DNA of 64,000 nucleotides, from the NCBI GenBank assembly GCA_963782975.1, contig CAWALT010000002.1, positions 182,406 through 246,405 of the forward strand, given 5' to 3'. Positions 49,500 to 60,200 of the stretch are shown here, in pieces. A model generated the notes under the pieces. It did not search any database and was not told the DNA's origin. It saw nothing but the letters and a program-made list of their open reading frames with translations. Each line of letters begins with the position of its first letter. The first letter of the stretch is position 1. The position numbers were made by a program, and so were the translations under genes. Origin of the DNA: an uncultured Alphaproteobacteria bacterium. GTDB lineage: Bacteria; Pseudomonadota; Alphaproteobacteria; 43-37; CAWALT01.

Positions 49500-50324
49500 A
49501 TGAATCAGTATCAGCCCTTAATGTCTGGGAAGCGAGGCTTGATTATGGGAGTGGCCAACGATAAGTCAATCGCTTGGAATATTGCAAATGTTCTTTATCA
49601 GCATGGTGCTACCGTGGGTTTTACTTATCAGGGTGAGATCTTGGAAAAGCGCGTGAGGAGTTTGGCGGCAACAGTCGAATCGGATGTTATCTTGCCTTGC
49701 GATGTGACCCAAGAAGATAATATTGTAAAAGTATTCGAAGAGCTTGAGAAAAAATGGGGAAAGTTAGATTTTATTGTGCACTCTCTGGCGTTTTCTAAAA
49801 AAGAAGAGCTCAAGGGAAAATATCTTGATACCTCGCTTGAAAATTTTTTGTTAGCCATGAATGTTTCTTGCTATTCTTTTACGGCGGTTGCTCGCTGCGC
49901 AGCGCCTTTGATGAGAGATGGTGGTAGCCTTTTAACTCTTACCTATTATGGAGCGGAAAAGGTCATGCCCCATTATAATGTGATGGGACTTGCCAAAGCT
50001 GCTTTGGAGGCAAGTGTGCGTTATTTAGCCGTTGATCTTGGCCCCGATAATATTCGCGTGAATGCTATGTCAGCAGGTCCTATTAAAACATTGGCTGCAA
50101 AAGGGATCGGCGATTTCCATTATATTTTAAAATGGAATGAATATAACGCCCCTTTGAAAAGGAACGTAACTCTAGACGAGGTTGGGAAAGCGGGACTTTA
50201 CTTGCTAAGCGATCTATCGAGTGCCGTGACGGGCGAAATCCATCATGTGGATTGTGGCTATCATGTCGTCGGGATGAAGTCTGTTACGGCACCTGACATA
50301 ACGCTTCCACACAACGGTGAATAG
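49500..50324 (+). CDS. fabI: enoyl-[acyl-carrier-protein] reductase (NADH) FabI
   Basis: ..GKRGLIMGVANDKSIAW.. N-terminus and the catalytic Y..K (..YNVMGLAKAALE..). 274 aa. Confidence 0.9.
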   Translation: MNQYQPLMSGKRGLIMGVANDKSIAWNIANVLYQHGATVGFTYQGEILEKRVRSLAATVESDVILPCDVTQEDNIVKVFEELEKKWGKLDFIVHSLAFSKKEELKGKYLDTSLENFLLAMNVSCYSFTAVARCAAPLMRDGGSLLTLTYYGAEKVMPHYNVMGLAKAALEASVRYLAVDLGPDNIRVNAMSAGPIKTLAAKGIGDFHYILKWNEYNAPLKRNVTLDEVGKAGLYLLSDLSSAVTGEIHHVDCGYHVVGMKSVTAPDITLPHNGE

Positions 50325-50537
50325 AAGGTCTCTTTTTTCTTGTGAAGCCCTCTATGTGCCAAAGAAGAAAATGTTAAAAAAGAACAATACGCCTATAACA
50401 AGTTTATAGGAGAGCATGGTCTTGCTTAGAAAAGAATAACGTTATACCCTTAAGAAGACATACGATAGGAAGGGCGAGTAGTTGTGCTCTCTTTCCTCTT
50501 AAAGGACATAAGGAAGAATAACATTCTCAGAGCTTCA

Positions 50538-51122
50538 ATGAAGAAAGTAGCAATTACAGGCTCGATAAATGTGGGTAAATCGACAGCAACGCACATGTTG
50601 CGTTCGATGGGTTTTCCAACTCAAAGCTCCGATGAGGTTGTTCACGCGCTCCTAGAAAACAACTCAGATGTCTTTGAATCTATTAAAAAAATCGTTCCCC
50701 AAGCTTGTAGTGGACGCAAGGTTCATCGTTCTGTGCTGGCCAAAGAAGTGGAGGGCAATCCGTCGCTCCTAACAACCTTAGAAAAAATCTTACATCCTTA
50801 TGTTTTTAAAGCCCATGAATCCTTTTTTGCGGAATGCCAAGCCAAAGGAGCGGCCTTAGGGGTTGTTGATGTGCCTTTGCTCTTTGAGGCGGGTCGCGAA
50901 AAGGAATTTGATATTATTATTGCGATTAAGGCTTGGGGTCCTGTGCGCCTTGCTCGGCTTGTGACCCGCCCTCGTTTAACACTCAAGAAATTTCTCTTTA
51001 TGAATAAAAGACAGCTTCCAAGCAAAGAAAAAGAAAGGCGAGCCCACTATGTGGTTTCTTCTACGTTTGGGCGTCGTTGTATGAAGCGGCAGCTAGAGAA
51101 AATAGTGAGGAAGATTTTATAA
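50538..51122 (+). CDS. coaE: dephospho-CoA kinase CoaE
   Basis: MKKVAITGSINVGKST P-loop, ~195 aa. coaE-dnaQ synteny is common in alphaproteobacteria. Confidence 0.8.
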   Translation: MKKVAITGSINVGKSTATHMLRSMGFPTQSSDEVVHALLENNSDVFESIKKIVPQACSGRKVHRSVLAKEVEGNPSLLTTLEKILHPYVFKAHESFFAECQAKGAALGVVDVPLLFEAGREKEFDIIIAIKAWGPVRLARLVTRPRLTLKKFLFMNKRQLPSKEKERRAHYVVSSTFGRRCMKRQLEKIVRKIL

Positions 51123-51124
51123 AA

Positions 51125-51805
51125 ATGCGTGAAATTGTTCTTGATAGTGAAACGACAGGTTTTGACCCTTACGCAGGTCATAAAATTGTCGAACTTGCGT
51201 GCATTGAAATCTTTAATTACCTGCCTACTGGTAAGGTCTTTCACACTTATATCAATCCTTTGCGTTCTATGCCGAACGAAGCTTACCAAGTTCATGGGCT
51301 TTCCGAAGATTTCTTAAAGGACCATCCAACATTTGAGGCGATTGCGCACAAGTTTTTAGAATTTATTGAAGATGCTACTTTAGTAATTCATAATGCTGAG
51401 TTCGATTTAAAGTTTATCCGGTATGAATTAGAAAATGCAGGATTCGAGATATCATTAAAGAACGAGGTGGTCGACACATTAAAAGTGGCGCGCCAGAAAT
51501 TTCCAGGATCTCCTGCTAGCCTTGATGCGCTTTGTAAGAGGTTTAAAATTGATTTAAGTGCCCGCACGAAACACGGAGCTCTGTTAGATTCTGAGCTTTT
51601 GTGTGATGTTTATCTTGAGCTTATGGGTGGTCGCCAGCAAGAACTTGCTTTGGATGTGGGGACAAAACAAAAGCTTAGCGTTTCATTACCCGCTACTTAT
51701 TCTTTAAGAAGGGAGCCGCGGCATTTTACCCTGAAGGAAGAGGAATATGAAGCTCATAAAAGGCTCCTGCAGGACATTCACCAACCTATTTGGACGGGTG
51801 TATGA
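51125..51805 (+). CDS. dnaQ: DNA polymerase III epsilon subunit (3'-5' exonuclease)
   Basis: Exo I DSETTG, Exo II (..HNAEFD..), and Exo III (H..LLD...Y) motifs. Confidence 0.85.
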   Translation: MREIVLDSETTGFDPYAGHKIVELACIEIFNYLPTGKVFHTYINPLRSMPNEAYQVHGLSEDFLKDHPTFEAIAHKFLEFIEDATLVIHNAEFDLKFIRYELENAGFEISLKNEVVDTLKVARQKFPGSPASLDALCKRFKIDLSARTKHGALLDSELLCDVYLELMGGRQQELALDVGTKQKLSVSLPATYSLRREPRHFTLKEEEYEAHKRLLQDIHQPIWTGV

Positions 51806-51952
51806 GGGCCCCTCATTCCATTTATAGGAAATGGATGTAATGCCAATCCAGAGATAGCTAAGCATATAACTTAGATACTATGCCAACACAAACCGTTTTT
51901 GCTCCGCTCTTTACGGATGTTTTAGCCATTTGGTTAAGGAAAGACGTAAAAA

Positions 51953-52429
51953 TTAATGCTGCTTACTGTCTTCCTGTTGGCTGCTTTCGAATAAAGCGGC
52001 AAAGTCCACCGGGTTAAGTAAAAGAGGTGGGAACCCAGCCTCACGTACGGTGTCAGCCACCACATTCCGCGCAAAGGGGAATAGAAGCCGTGGACATTCA
52101 ATAAACAGAACGGGCTTTAAGATGTCTTCCGGGATATTTTCAAGAACGAATAACCCAGCATAGACAAGCTCTAAGATAAAAATGGCCTTTCCTTCCAACT
52201 TGGCTTCTACGTTAATTGACAAGATAACCTCATACTCTTGCCCCTCAAGCTTCTCCGCTTCTGCCTCCATATTTACTTGGATTTCCGGCTGCTTGTTAGC
52301 AGGCAAGAAAGCTGCTCCTAAAGGATTTTCAAAAGAAAGGTCCTTGATATATTGCTTTCTTACGGCGAGCATCTGCTCCCCGTTGTGATTGGCTGGCGTA
52401 TGTTTTTTTGCCTTGTTTTCTGAGTTCAT
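51953..52429 (-). CDS. secB: protein-export chaperone SecB
   Basis: ~155 aa, SecB-like (..IKDLSFENP.., ..FILELVYAGLF.., ..LFPFARNVVADTVREAGFPPLLLNPVDF..). Confidence 0.85.
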   Translation of the reverse strand: MNSENKAKKHTPANHNGEQMLAVRKQYIKDLSFENPLGAAFLPANKQPEIQVNMEAEAEKLEGQEYEVILSINVEAKLEGKAIFILELVYAGLFVLENIPEDILKPVLFIECPRLLFPFARNVVADTVREAGFPPLLLNPVDFAALFESSQQEDSKQH

Positions 52430-52522
52430 CTTCTGCCTTTCTTAGGTGAAATATTGGTTCAAGGTAGTATGAGGGGAGGAAAACGTCAAGGATCGATCGC
52501 ACACAAACATCTCTTTATTTTC

Positions 52523-53218
52523 CTAGCGGCTTATTTGGGGAAGGCGGCAATATTTTTCAGCGTTTGCAAAATTAGTGCGCAGATATTCAATAACTCCTTG
52601 GATCAACCCGCCTTTCTGTTCAAGGATAGAACGTATCTCGCGTGCTTGAGCAATTGTAAGGCTTACATTATCTATAATTATATCAAAGATAAGTAATTTT
52701 TTTTGTTCATTCTGCAGCGTAAGTAACCAATCGACCCCTATGTCATTAGCGCTACCACGACGCTTTATAATGGTCTTAACCCGGATGGTACTATCGTTTT
52801 CTTTGTGGGCCGAGGTGATAGTAAGCTCCGTAACATTTAATTCCTTAAATTGGTCAAAATACACATTAAAAATCATCTTATGGAAAAGCCCAGTATATTC
52901 TTGCAACTCTTCTTTTGTCGCTTCACGGCTTCGGCGGCCAAGGGAGAATTTAGCAATTCCCTCTATATCAAAATAGCTTCCTAATAATAAACAAAAATTA
53001 TCCTTCTTTTCCTCCTGGGAAAGAGACTCCTTAGAAATTAAACTTAGACCATCATCCGCCAGTTCCCGAATTTTTTCTTGGGCTTGTTGAAGTTGATGAG
53101 ATAAACCTTTTCCCTCTAAAGAAGAAAAGGAATAAAAAGATAATAAAATAGTCATAACAAGACAGAGAAAAGTATTTTTCTTCTTGAGCCTTAAACAATT
53201 TTTCCACATATTAAACAC
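52523..53218 (-). CDS. mlaC: phospholipid-binding protein MlaC (Ttg2D family)
   Basis: Signal peptide. Hallmarks ..FDIEGIAKFSLGRRSREAT..FHKMIFNVY.. and ..WLLTLQNEQKKLLIFDIIIDNVSLT...R.., compared with E. coli MlaC ..WKVYDVVIEGVSLV..R... Confidence 0.75.
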   Translation of the reverse strand: MFNMWKNCLRLKKKNTFLCLVMTILLSFYSFSSLEGKGLSHQLQQAQEKIRELADDGLSLISKESLSQEEKKDNFCLLLGSYFDIEGIAKFSLGRRSREATKEELQEYTGLFHKMIFNVYFDQFKELNVTELTITSAHKENDSTIRVKTIIKRRGSANDIGVDWLLTLQNEQKKLLIFDIIIDNVSLTIAQAREIRSILEQKGGLIQGVIEYLRTNFANAEKYCRLPQISR

Positions 53219-53309
53219 TCATTACACACACAATACAATGATGTAATCATTTGTCGCTTAATTCTTTGTTAACAATATTTAAAATATTGCTCAATTATAG
53301 ATTAATAAC

Positions 53310-54095
53310 TTACTTTCTGCTAGACCATTTGTTTTCTTTAGCGAGACTTTTTTGAGAAAAGCCGTTACGAATAGTGGCATAAAGATCGAAAGAATTTTTT
53401 TCTAATAAGTCTAAAGTTCCAAGCATATCTTCTCTGCTATCAATAACCTCCAGGGCAAGCCGCGTATACCTTGCCGCATTCCAATTGCGGCGTCTTGTTA
53501 CACGATTGAAGGGGTCGGCTACCCATTCAACCACTTGACTCACGAGATTTCTTGGGTTCGATGGGCCAAGTAGTGGCATCATTAAGTAGGGCCCTCTGGG
53601 GACTTTGTACCGTGCGAGAGTTTCGTCAAAATCAGTTCTATAGTCAGGAACCAACAGGTTTGTTGCTACATCAAACAACCCGGCGATCCCAAAAACCGTA
53701 TTAAGAAAAAAGCGTAAGAAAGAATTTATTGATCTTTTTCCTTCTCCTTGTAAGGCAAAGTTAGCGCAATAGAGCGGCGCTCTAAGATTTTGTAAAACAT
53801 TATGTATGCCTGTCCTTACTTCCTCATGCAGAGTATCCCGGTAGATGCCAGCTATCGGCTTAATAAGCATTTTATCAATCAACAGGTTAAATTCAAACAT
53901 ACCGCGATTTAAGCTTTCGAAAGGATCCGGCTCTGGCATTAACATATTATCATTATAAAAGTCTTCATAAGGGTGAGAAGTAGAGGGAAGGTCAGCAATG
54001 GGCGTGCCAGTGTGCGCAAAAGAGCTGCTACTTAAAATAATTATATAAAGAAACAAGCTGAAAATGCGATGAGTGGATCGCATGGGTAACCTCAT
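53310..54095 (-). CDS. mlaA: outer-membrane lipoprotein MlaA (VacJ)
   Basis: Signal peptide. DPFESLNRGMFEFN..KPIAGIYR..NLRAP..NFALQG..RFFLNTVFGIAGLFDVA..GPYLMMPLLGPSNPR matches the MlaA family pattern. Confidence 0.75.
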   Translation of the reverse strand: MRLPMRSTHRIFSLFLYIIILSSSSFAHTGTPIADLPSTSHPYEDFYNDNMLMPEPDPFESLNRGMFEFNLLIDKMLIKPIAGIYRDTLHEEVRTGIHNVLQNLRAPLYCANFALQGEGKRSINSFLRFFLNTVFGIAGLFDVATNLLVPDYRTDFDETLARYKVPRGPYLMMPLLGPSNPRNLVSQVVEWVADPFNRVTRRRNWNAARYTRLALEVIDSREDMLGTLDLLEKNSFDLYATIRNGFSQKSLAKENKWSSRK

Positions 54096-54405
54096 TTTTC
54101 ATTGTCTTTAATCTATGTATCTAGCAAATAAATTAAAAATTAGGTAAAATTTATCTAAGTTTATAAAAAATATATCGGCCGGTGGCTATAAACTTCATTC
54201 CTTACCACGGGTATAGCGTTAGCGACCCTGGAAAATAGCGGGAATATTAACGTCCCTTACTCTCACCTGTTTTAGATCTTTGCCACTCCTTTGTATTATC
54301 CTTTTTCTTGAATAGGGCCCTGGGATATGACTCCTTATAGCTTTGCGCCTTTATTCCTAAAAGGTAGGATTCTTATGGTAGCTCTCTATAAAACCTCAGG
54401 GGCAT

Positions 54406-57042
54406 TCATTCGAAATACTTTAGTATTTGCTCCATCTTTTCTTTTTGTGTCATTGCTTGTGCCTGGCGTTCCTTAATATCAAGAACAACCTCTTCTGGAG
54501 CATTTGCCATGAATTGAGAATTGGCTAATTTTTTTTCATGTTTCTGCAGCTCTTCCTTGATTTTCTTGAGTTCTTCTTGGAGCTTTTCCCCTTGTTGATC
54601 CATGTTAGGCATGCCGCTGAAAGGAATAGCAAGCGTCACGCCTTTTAAGGGAAGATAATAGACGCCTTTTTCTTCGATAAACTGATCCACATATCGGATC
54701 TCGCTTACATGAGCAAGTTTTTTAATAAGGGGTTCGTGAGAATAAAGGCTTGAGCTTGTATTGGTTCTATCGCTGACAATTATAATGGGCAGCGGTATTT
54801 TTACTGAAAGTCCCATATCCATACGCGTGCGGCGAATCCCGGAAATAATGTCACATACCCGGTCAATAACTTCGGTGGACGCAGCAAACAATGAGACATC
54901 TTCGGGTGTGTCATAGGAGCAGCGCACGAGTGGTTCTTGTTTGTCTAAGTGAATATGCGGCCAAAGCTCTTCAGTAATAAAAGGGATGAGAGGGTGTAAG
55001 TATTGGAGGATTTGGCGTAGCACCCACGCAGTGGTTTGCTGAGTCTCCGTTTTTGCCTCTTGATTCTCTCCGGCTATGATGGGCTTTGTGAACTCAAGGT
55101 ACCAATCGCAAAACGTTTTCCACGTAAATTGGTAAAGTTTATCCGAAATATCATTAAAACGATAATGAGCATAGGCTTCTTCTAATTCTCTCCTCAATTC
55201 TTCCGTTTTATGGATGATCCATTGATTGATTAGGTGGGAAGCGTGCGAGGGTCGAAAGCCTTTCTTAAGCTCACAACCATTCATGAGACAAAAGCGCGTG
55301 GCGTTCCACAATTTCGTATTAAAGTTACGCGAGCCTTCAATTTTCGTATCAGAAAAGCGAATATCCCGTCCGGGTGCGGCTTGAAGGGTAAGGGTCAAGC
55401 GCAACGCATCGGCGCCATAGCGCTCAATCAAATCCAAAGGATCAGCCACATTTCCCTTGGATTTTGACATTTTTTGTCCTTTTTCATCTTTTACTAAAGC
55501 ATGAATATAGACGGTTTTAAAGGGAACTTCCTTATTAAAATACAGCCCCATCATCATCATACGCGCTACCCAAAAGAAAATAATATCATGGCCCGTTATG
55601 AGGACGTCACCCGGGTAATGGAAGTGTTTCTCTGGCCAAGCAAGGGTGGCAAAGGGCCATAAGCTGGAGGAAAACCAGGTATCGAGGACATCTTCGTCTT
55701 GCTCGAGTGCGACCTCTTTCCCATAATGGAGTTTGGCTTCTATTTTAGCCTGTTCTTGGGAAATGGCGACAAAGACTTTTTTATCGGGTCCATACCAAGC
55801 TGGAATACGGTGTCCCCACCAAAGCTGGCGTGAAATACACCATGGCTGAATATTGCGCATCCATTGAAAGTACACTTGAGCCCAATGAGGGGGGACGAAG
55901 ACCGTTTTTGATTCCTCAACAGCTTTGATAGCATCAATGGCTAATTTCTTCGCATCAACAAACCATTGATTGGTTAATCGTGGCTCTACAATACTTTGAG
56001 AACGCTCACCATAAGGAACGGTATGCTCTAATTCTTCGATTTTCTCAATAAGGCCTTTGGCGTTTAATGCCTCTATAACCTTCTCACGAGCTTCCTCGCG
56101 GGAAAGTCTCTGATAAAGCGGGGGGGCATTTTCATTTAAATGGTTGGTGTCCGTAAAGATGTTTACGATGGGCAAGTCGTGCCTTTTCCCTACCTCGAAA
56201 TCATTGAAATCATGTCCAGGCGTTATCTTTACAGCGCCCGTTCCTTTTTGAGGGTCGCAGTAAGAATCGGCAATAATAGGTAAAGGTTGGTTTGTCAAAG
56301 GATTGAGAGCTTTCTGCCCGATAAGATGTTTAAAACGTTCATCGTCCGGGTGCACCGCGATGGCGGTATCGCCAAACAACGTCTCAGGCCGTGTGGTGGC
56401 GACGGTAATAGAGTGAATTTCTTGGCCTTGAAGGGGATAGCGGAGATAATAAAAATATCCCTTAATAGGCTTATTGATAACTTCTAAATCCGACAACGTG
56501 CTTTGCAGCGTAGCGTCCCAGTGAACAAGGCGCTTATCGCGGTAAATAAGGCCTTCTTCAAACAATTTAACGAAAACATCCCGGACCGCGTGGCTGAATC
56601 CCTCATCCATCGTAAAGCGGCCTCGGCTCCAATCCACCGAAAGACCTAAGCGATCCATTTGCTCTTTTATCTTTCCGCCGGAATATTCTTTCCACTCCCA
56701 CACACGTTTTACAAATTCATCGCGTCCTAAGGTATGGCGCGAGATTCCTTCTTGATCGAGGCGGCGTTCCACGACTATTTGGGTGGAAATTCCTGCATGG
56801 TCCATTCCTGATTGCCATAAGACCTTTCGGCCTTGTTTGCGGTGATGGCGAATAAGGATATCTTGTAATGTGTAGGTTAAGGCATGTCCTATATGTAAAT
56901 AGCCTGTGACATTGGGGGGGGGCATCATAATCGTATAGGGTTTTCCATCAGGATGGAGATTGGCGCTAAAATGCTCTCCCTCTGTCCACATTTTGAATTG
57001 TTTTGCTTCGATGGTGTGTGCCGAATAAATCTTTTCAATCAT
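54406..57042 (-). CDS. valS: valine--tRNA ligase
   Basis: HIGH (..GYLHIGHAL..) and KMSKS motifs, an editing domain, and a C-terminal coiled coil. 878 aa. Confidence 0.95.
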   Translation of the reverse strand: MIEKIYSAHTIEAKQFKMWTEGEHFSANLHPDGKPYTIMMPPPNVTGYLHIGHALTYTLQDILIRHHRKQGRKVLWQSGMDHAGISTQIVVERRLDQEGISRHTLGRDEFVKRVWEWKEYSGGKIKEQMDRLGLSVDWSRGRFTMDEGFSHAVRDVFVKLFEEGLIYRDKRLVHWDATLQSTLSDLEVINKPIKGYFYYLRYPLQGQEIHSITVATTRPETLFGDTAIAVHPDDERFKHLIGQKALNPLTNQPLPIIADSYCDPQKGTGAVKITPGHDFNDFEVGKRHDLPIVNIFTDTNHLNENAPPLYQRLSREEAREKVIEALNAKGLIEKIEELEHTVPYGERSQSIVEPRLTNQWFVDAKKLAIDAIKAVEESKTVFVPPHWAQVYFQWMRNIQPWCISRQLWWGHRIPAWYGPDKKVFVAISQEQAKIEAKLHYGKEVALEQDEDVLDTWFSSSLWPFATLAWPEKHFHYPGDVLITGHDIIFFWVARMMMMGLYFNKEVPFKTVYIHALVKDEKGQKMSKSKGNVADPLDLIERYGADALRLTLTLQAAPGRDIRFSDTKIEGSRNFNTKLWNATRFCLMNGCELKKGFRPSHASHLINQWIIHKTEELRRELEEAYAHYRFNDISDKLYQFTWKTFCDWYLEFTKPIIAGENQEAKTETQQTTAWVLRQILQYLHPLIPFITEELWPHIHLDKQEPLVRCSYDTPEDVSLFAASTEVIDRVCDIISGIRRTRMDMGLSVKIPLPIIIVSDRTNTSSSLYSHEPLIKKLAHVSEIRYVDQFIEEKGVYYLPLKGVTLAIPFSGMPNMDQQGEKLQEELKKIKEELQKHEKKLANSQFMANAPEEVVLDIKERQAQAMTQKEKMEQILKYFE

Positions 57043-57310
57043 TGCTATTCCTTAAAGCCTTGCCCAACCTTATGGCGTGAGGATAACCGTCTTCTCTCTT
57101 TAATTAAGAAAAAAGCCTTTGCAATAAACCGACAAAAGCATCTGTGTTTTCTCTTTCTAACTTTCCTCTTGTTCTTTATCTGCGATTGATCTCTCGCGGT
57201 CAAGTAAAGTGTTTCTTGAGAGAAAATTTTGGGAGCTATTGATCTTTAAGTCATGAACAATTACAGTCAGGATGATGAAGTGAACGGTTTGTTCAAAAAG
57301 GTACATAAAA

Positions 57311-57901
57311 ATGGTTAAATTCATAAATTTTATTTTTTCTCTCTGTTTCCTTGGTTTGGCCCCGGCAAAAAGTCTTGCAGAAGCCCTCTCTAAAGAAGGG
57401 GTTTATGCTCTACTTGAGACAAACAAAGGAATCATTAAGATTGCTCTTGAGTATAAGAAGGCGCCCAAGACAACTGAAAATTTCGTAAGGCTTGCGGAAG
57501 GTAGTAAGAAGCATCAACGACACGGCCATTCAAATTTTTATGATGGGCTGAGATTTCATCGGGTGATTGACAACTTTATGATTCAAGGAGGAGATCCGTT
57601 AGGAAATGGGCGCGGTGGCCCCGGTTACACATTCGCTGATGAGTTTCATCCAGATTTAGTGCATGATCGTCCTGGAACTTTGTCCATGGCCAATGCCGGC
57701 CCCAATACGAATGGGAGCCAATTTTTTATTACCCATGGCCCCACCCCTTGGCTTGATAAGAAACATAGCGTTTTTGGCTATGTGGTAGAGGGGCAAGAGG
57801 TGCTCAATAATATTAAGCAAGGCGACCGCATTGTAAGGCTTACCATCCAGCGTGTGGGGAAAGACGCTGAGAAATTTGCCTTGCCGAGCAAGAATTCTTA
57901 A
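57311..57901 (+). CDS. ppiA: peptidyl-prolyl cis-trans isomerase, cyclophilin type (periplasmic)
   Basis: Signal peptide. Cyclophilin motifs [15 protein letters not shown] and [17 protein letters not shown]. Confidence 0.85.
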   Translation: MVKFINFIFSLCFLGLAPAKSLAEALSKEGVYALLETNKGIIKIALEYKKAPKTTENFVRLAEGSKKHQRHGHSNFYDGLRFHRVIDNFMIQGGDPLGNGRGGPGYTFADEFHPDLVHDRPGTLSMANAGPNTNGSQFFITHGPTPWLDKKHSVFGYVVEGQEVLNNIKQGDRIVRLTIQRVGKDAEKFALPSKNS

Positions 57902-57926
57902 CAGCAGGAGTATCCCCTATTTATTT

Positions 57927-59207
57927 ATGGTAATTTTTCTGTATCGTCTCCTCTCTTTTTGTCTATCTCCTTGGCTGGCGTTATGGCTTTATGGACGCGC
58001 TTTCAAGGGGAAAGAGGATAAAATTCGTTTGAAAGAGCGCTTAGGGCACCCAAGTGTAAAAAGGGGGGAGAAACCTCTTGCCTGGTTCCATGCGGCAAGT
58101 GTAGGTGAATCCTTGACGGCTCTTACCCTCATTCAAGCTATGAAAGAGCGCTACCCTCGATTTGATATCTTGCTCACAACAGGGACTTTATCCTCTTTCA
58201 AGGTGCTTGAGAAGATGTTGCCGGAGAAGGTAATTCACCAATTTGCTCCTCTCGATACTCCGCAGATAACCCAACGATTTTTAAGCTATTGGCGGCCAAG
58301 TGTTGTCTTTTGGTTGGAATCAGAATTTTGGCCCAATCAATTGCTCCGCCTAAAAGGCCTTGGGATTCCTGCCTTCTTAATAAACGCTTGCATCTCGCGG
58401 CGGTCTTTTAAAAGATGGTCGATTTTAAGGCAGAGCTTTAAACATTTACTCGAGGCATTCCAAGCGATCTATGCGCAAAGTAAGGAACAGGAGGGGAGGT
58501 TTCGGCAAGCGGGACACACTCGCGTAAAATGTTATGGACACCTTAAATACAGCTCTAAGCCGCTTGCGGTTGACCCACGGCTTAAGGATCATTTAACAAC
58601 CCTTGTTAAGGCGAAGAATCTTATTGTCTATGCCAGCACTCATTATCCTGAGGAGGAAATAGCTTTTGAAGTTCACCAGCGGTTAGTAGAAGAAGGTGTG
58701 GAGGTAATGTCTCTGATTGCTCCCCGTCACCCCTCGCGCTTGCGCTCGATAGTAGAGCAAGGGCACCGCCGGCACCTCAGGATACAGTGGACGTCGCAGC
58801 CGTCTTTTTATCAAGCTCCTTGTGATGTGGTGATTATAGATTCTCTAGGTAAGCTTGGGACATTATTTGACCTGGCTACAGTTGTTTTTGTAGGAGGTTC
58901 CATGGCCCCTCAAGGGGGGCATAATATTATCGAGCCGGCTCATTTTAAAACCGTGATCTTGCATGGCCCTCATATGTTTAATTTTGCCGAGGTAAGAGAG
59001 GAGTTTCAAAACCACCAGGCTGCAATCGAAGTAAAAAATGCAGACGAATTATACCAACGCCTTCGCGAATTCTTCCAAAGCCCAGAAGCGTTTACGTCTT
59101 ATAAGGAGCACTCTTATGCGCTTGCTCAATCCCATCGATCTATTATAATACACCTTCTCGCTGACTTAGATAAAGAGCTAGAGGACCTTGCCAAGCATGT
59201 TGCTTAG
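57927..59207 (+). CDS. waaA: 3-deoxy-D-manno-octulosonic acid transferase KdtA/WaaA
   Basis: N-terminal TM and the GT30 fold (..WFHAASVGE.. motif). Likely ATG at 57927; the track ORF starts 25 codons upstream. It is followed by lpxK. Confidence 0.85.
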   Translation: MVIFLYRLLSFCLSPWLALWLYGRAFKGKEDKIRLKERLGHPSVKRGEKPLAWFHAASVGESLTALTLIQAMKERYPRFDILLTTGTLSSFKVLEKMLPEKVIHQFAPLDTPQITQRFLSYWRPSVVFWLESEFWPNQLLRLKGLGIPAFLINACISRRSFKRWSILRQSFKHLLEAFQAIYAQSKEQEGRFRQAGHTRVKCYGHLKYSSKPLAVDPRLKDHLTTLVKAKNLIVYASTHYPEEEIAFEVHQRLVEEGVEVMSLIAPRHPSRLRSIVEQGHRRHLRIQWTSQPSFYQAPCDVVIIDSLGKLGTLFDLATVVFVGGSMAPQGGHNIIEPAHFKTVILHGPHMFNFAEVREEFQNHQAAIEVKNADELYQRLREFFQSPEAFTSYKEHSYALAQSHRSIIIHLLADLDKELEDLAKHVA

Positions 59208-60195
59208 AACACCTAAATTTTGGTATCACAAGCAACCTGTTAATCCCCTTTTAAAAGGCCTTTCGTCGGTTTATCAATTCTTCAGTCAAAGAAGAATGTC
59301 CGAGCGCCCTCATTATGTGTCCAAGATTCCGGTCATTTGTGTGGGCAATTTAACCACGGGCGGCGCTGGAAAAACACCTGTGTGCCTAGCCTTAGCAAAG
59401 GTTTTAAAACAAAAATATTTTTCTAACATTCACTTCATTAGCCGCGGGTATGGCCGGAAAAAGAAAGGCGCGCTGCGTGTCCATCGAGGACTCAATACAG
59501 CCGATGACGTGGGTGATGAAGCTTTATTATTGGCAACGGAAGGCGAGGTGTGGGTCGGCAAGGATCGCGTGGAGCTTGCCAAGCAAGGTGAGAAAGCCGG
59601 TGCTGATGTGATCTTGATGGATGATGGCCTGCAATATCCGTTTCTTGCAAAAGATCTTAACATTGTTGTGGTTGACGGAACCATGGGGTTTGGCAATGGA
59701 TATAGCTTTCCTGCGGGCCCTTTGCGTGAACCGGTTCTTGAGGGGCTTGGCCGATCGGATCTCTTAATTATTGTCGGGGAAGATCGCCAGCAATTGAAGG
59801 AAACCTATGCGCCCTTACTCCCAACGTTTGAGACCATGATTGAAATTGATGGAGAGCGTTATAAAGGCCAGAAGGTCTTCGCATTTGCTGGTATTGGGCT
59901 ACCCGAAAAATTCATTTATTTACTGGAGCGTTATGATATCAAAATAGTTAAGTCCGTTTTCTTTCCGGACCATTACTCTTATACTACCGAAGACCTCGAA
60001 GGTATTATACAGGAGGCTACTCAACAGGAGGCGATCCCTCTTACCACCATGAAGGACTATGTTAAGATTGACACGAACCGCTTTCCGGAAATTAAGTCAT
60101 TGTCCTATGAGATCCTATTTAAAAATAGATCCCTCCTAGAAGCCTATATGGATCAATGGCTTGTTGCCCAGCGAGCGGATAAAAGGAGAAAGTAA
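59188..60195 (+). CDS. lpxK: tetraacyldisaccharide 4'-kinase LpxK
   Basis: P-loop VICVGNLTTGGAGKTP. 335 aa. Confidence 0.85.
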   Translation: MPSMLLRTPKFWYHKQPVNPLLKGLSSVYQFFSQRRMSERPHYVSKIPVICVGNLTTGGAGKTPVCLALAKVLKQKYFSNIHFISRGYGRKKKGALRVHRGLNTADDVGDEALLLATEGEVWVGKDRVELAKQGEKAGADVILMDDGLQYPFLAKDLNIVVVDGTMGFGNGYSFPAGPLREPVLEGLGRSDLLIIVGEDRQQLKETYAPLLPTFETMIEIDGERYKGQKVFAFAGIGLPEKFIYLLERYDIKIVKSVFFPDHYSYTTEDLEGIIQEATQQEAIPLTTMKDYVKIDTNRFPEIKSLSYEILFKNRSLLEAYMDQWLVAQRADKRRK

Positions 60196-60200
60196 AGAAC

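Noticed and set aside
52523-53218. Tim44-like protein (often adjacent to secB in alphaproteobacteria)
   Set aside because: The sequence matches MlaC/Ttg2D hallmarks (signal peptide, ..W..DxxIeGvSlv..R..) and is followed by mlaA, so MlaC is the better call.
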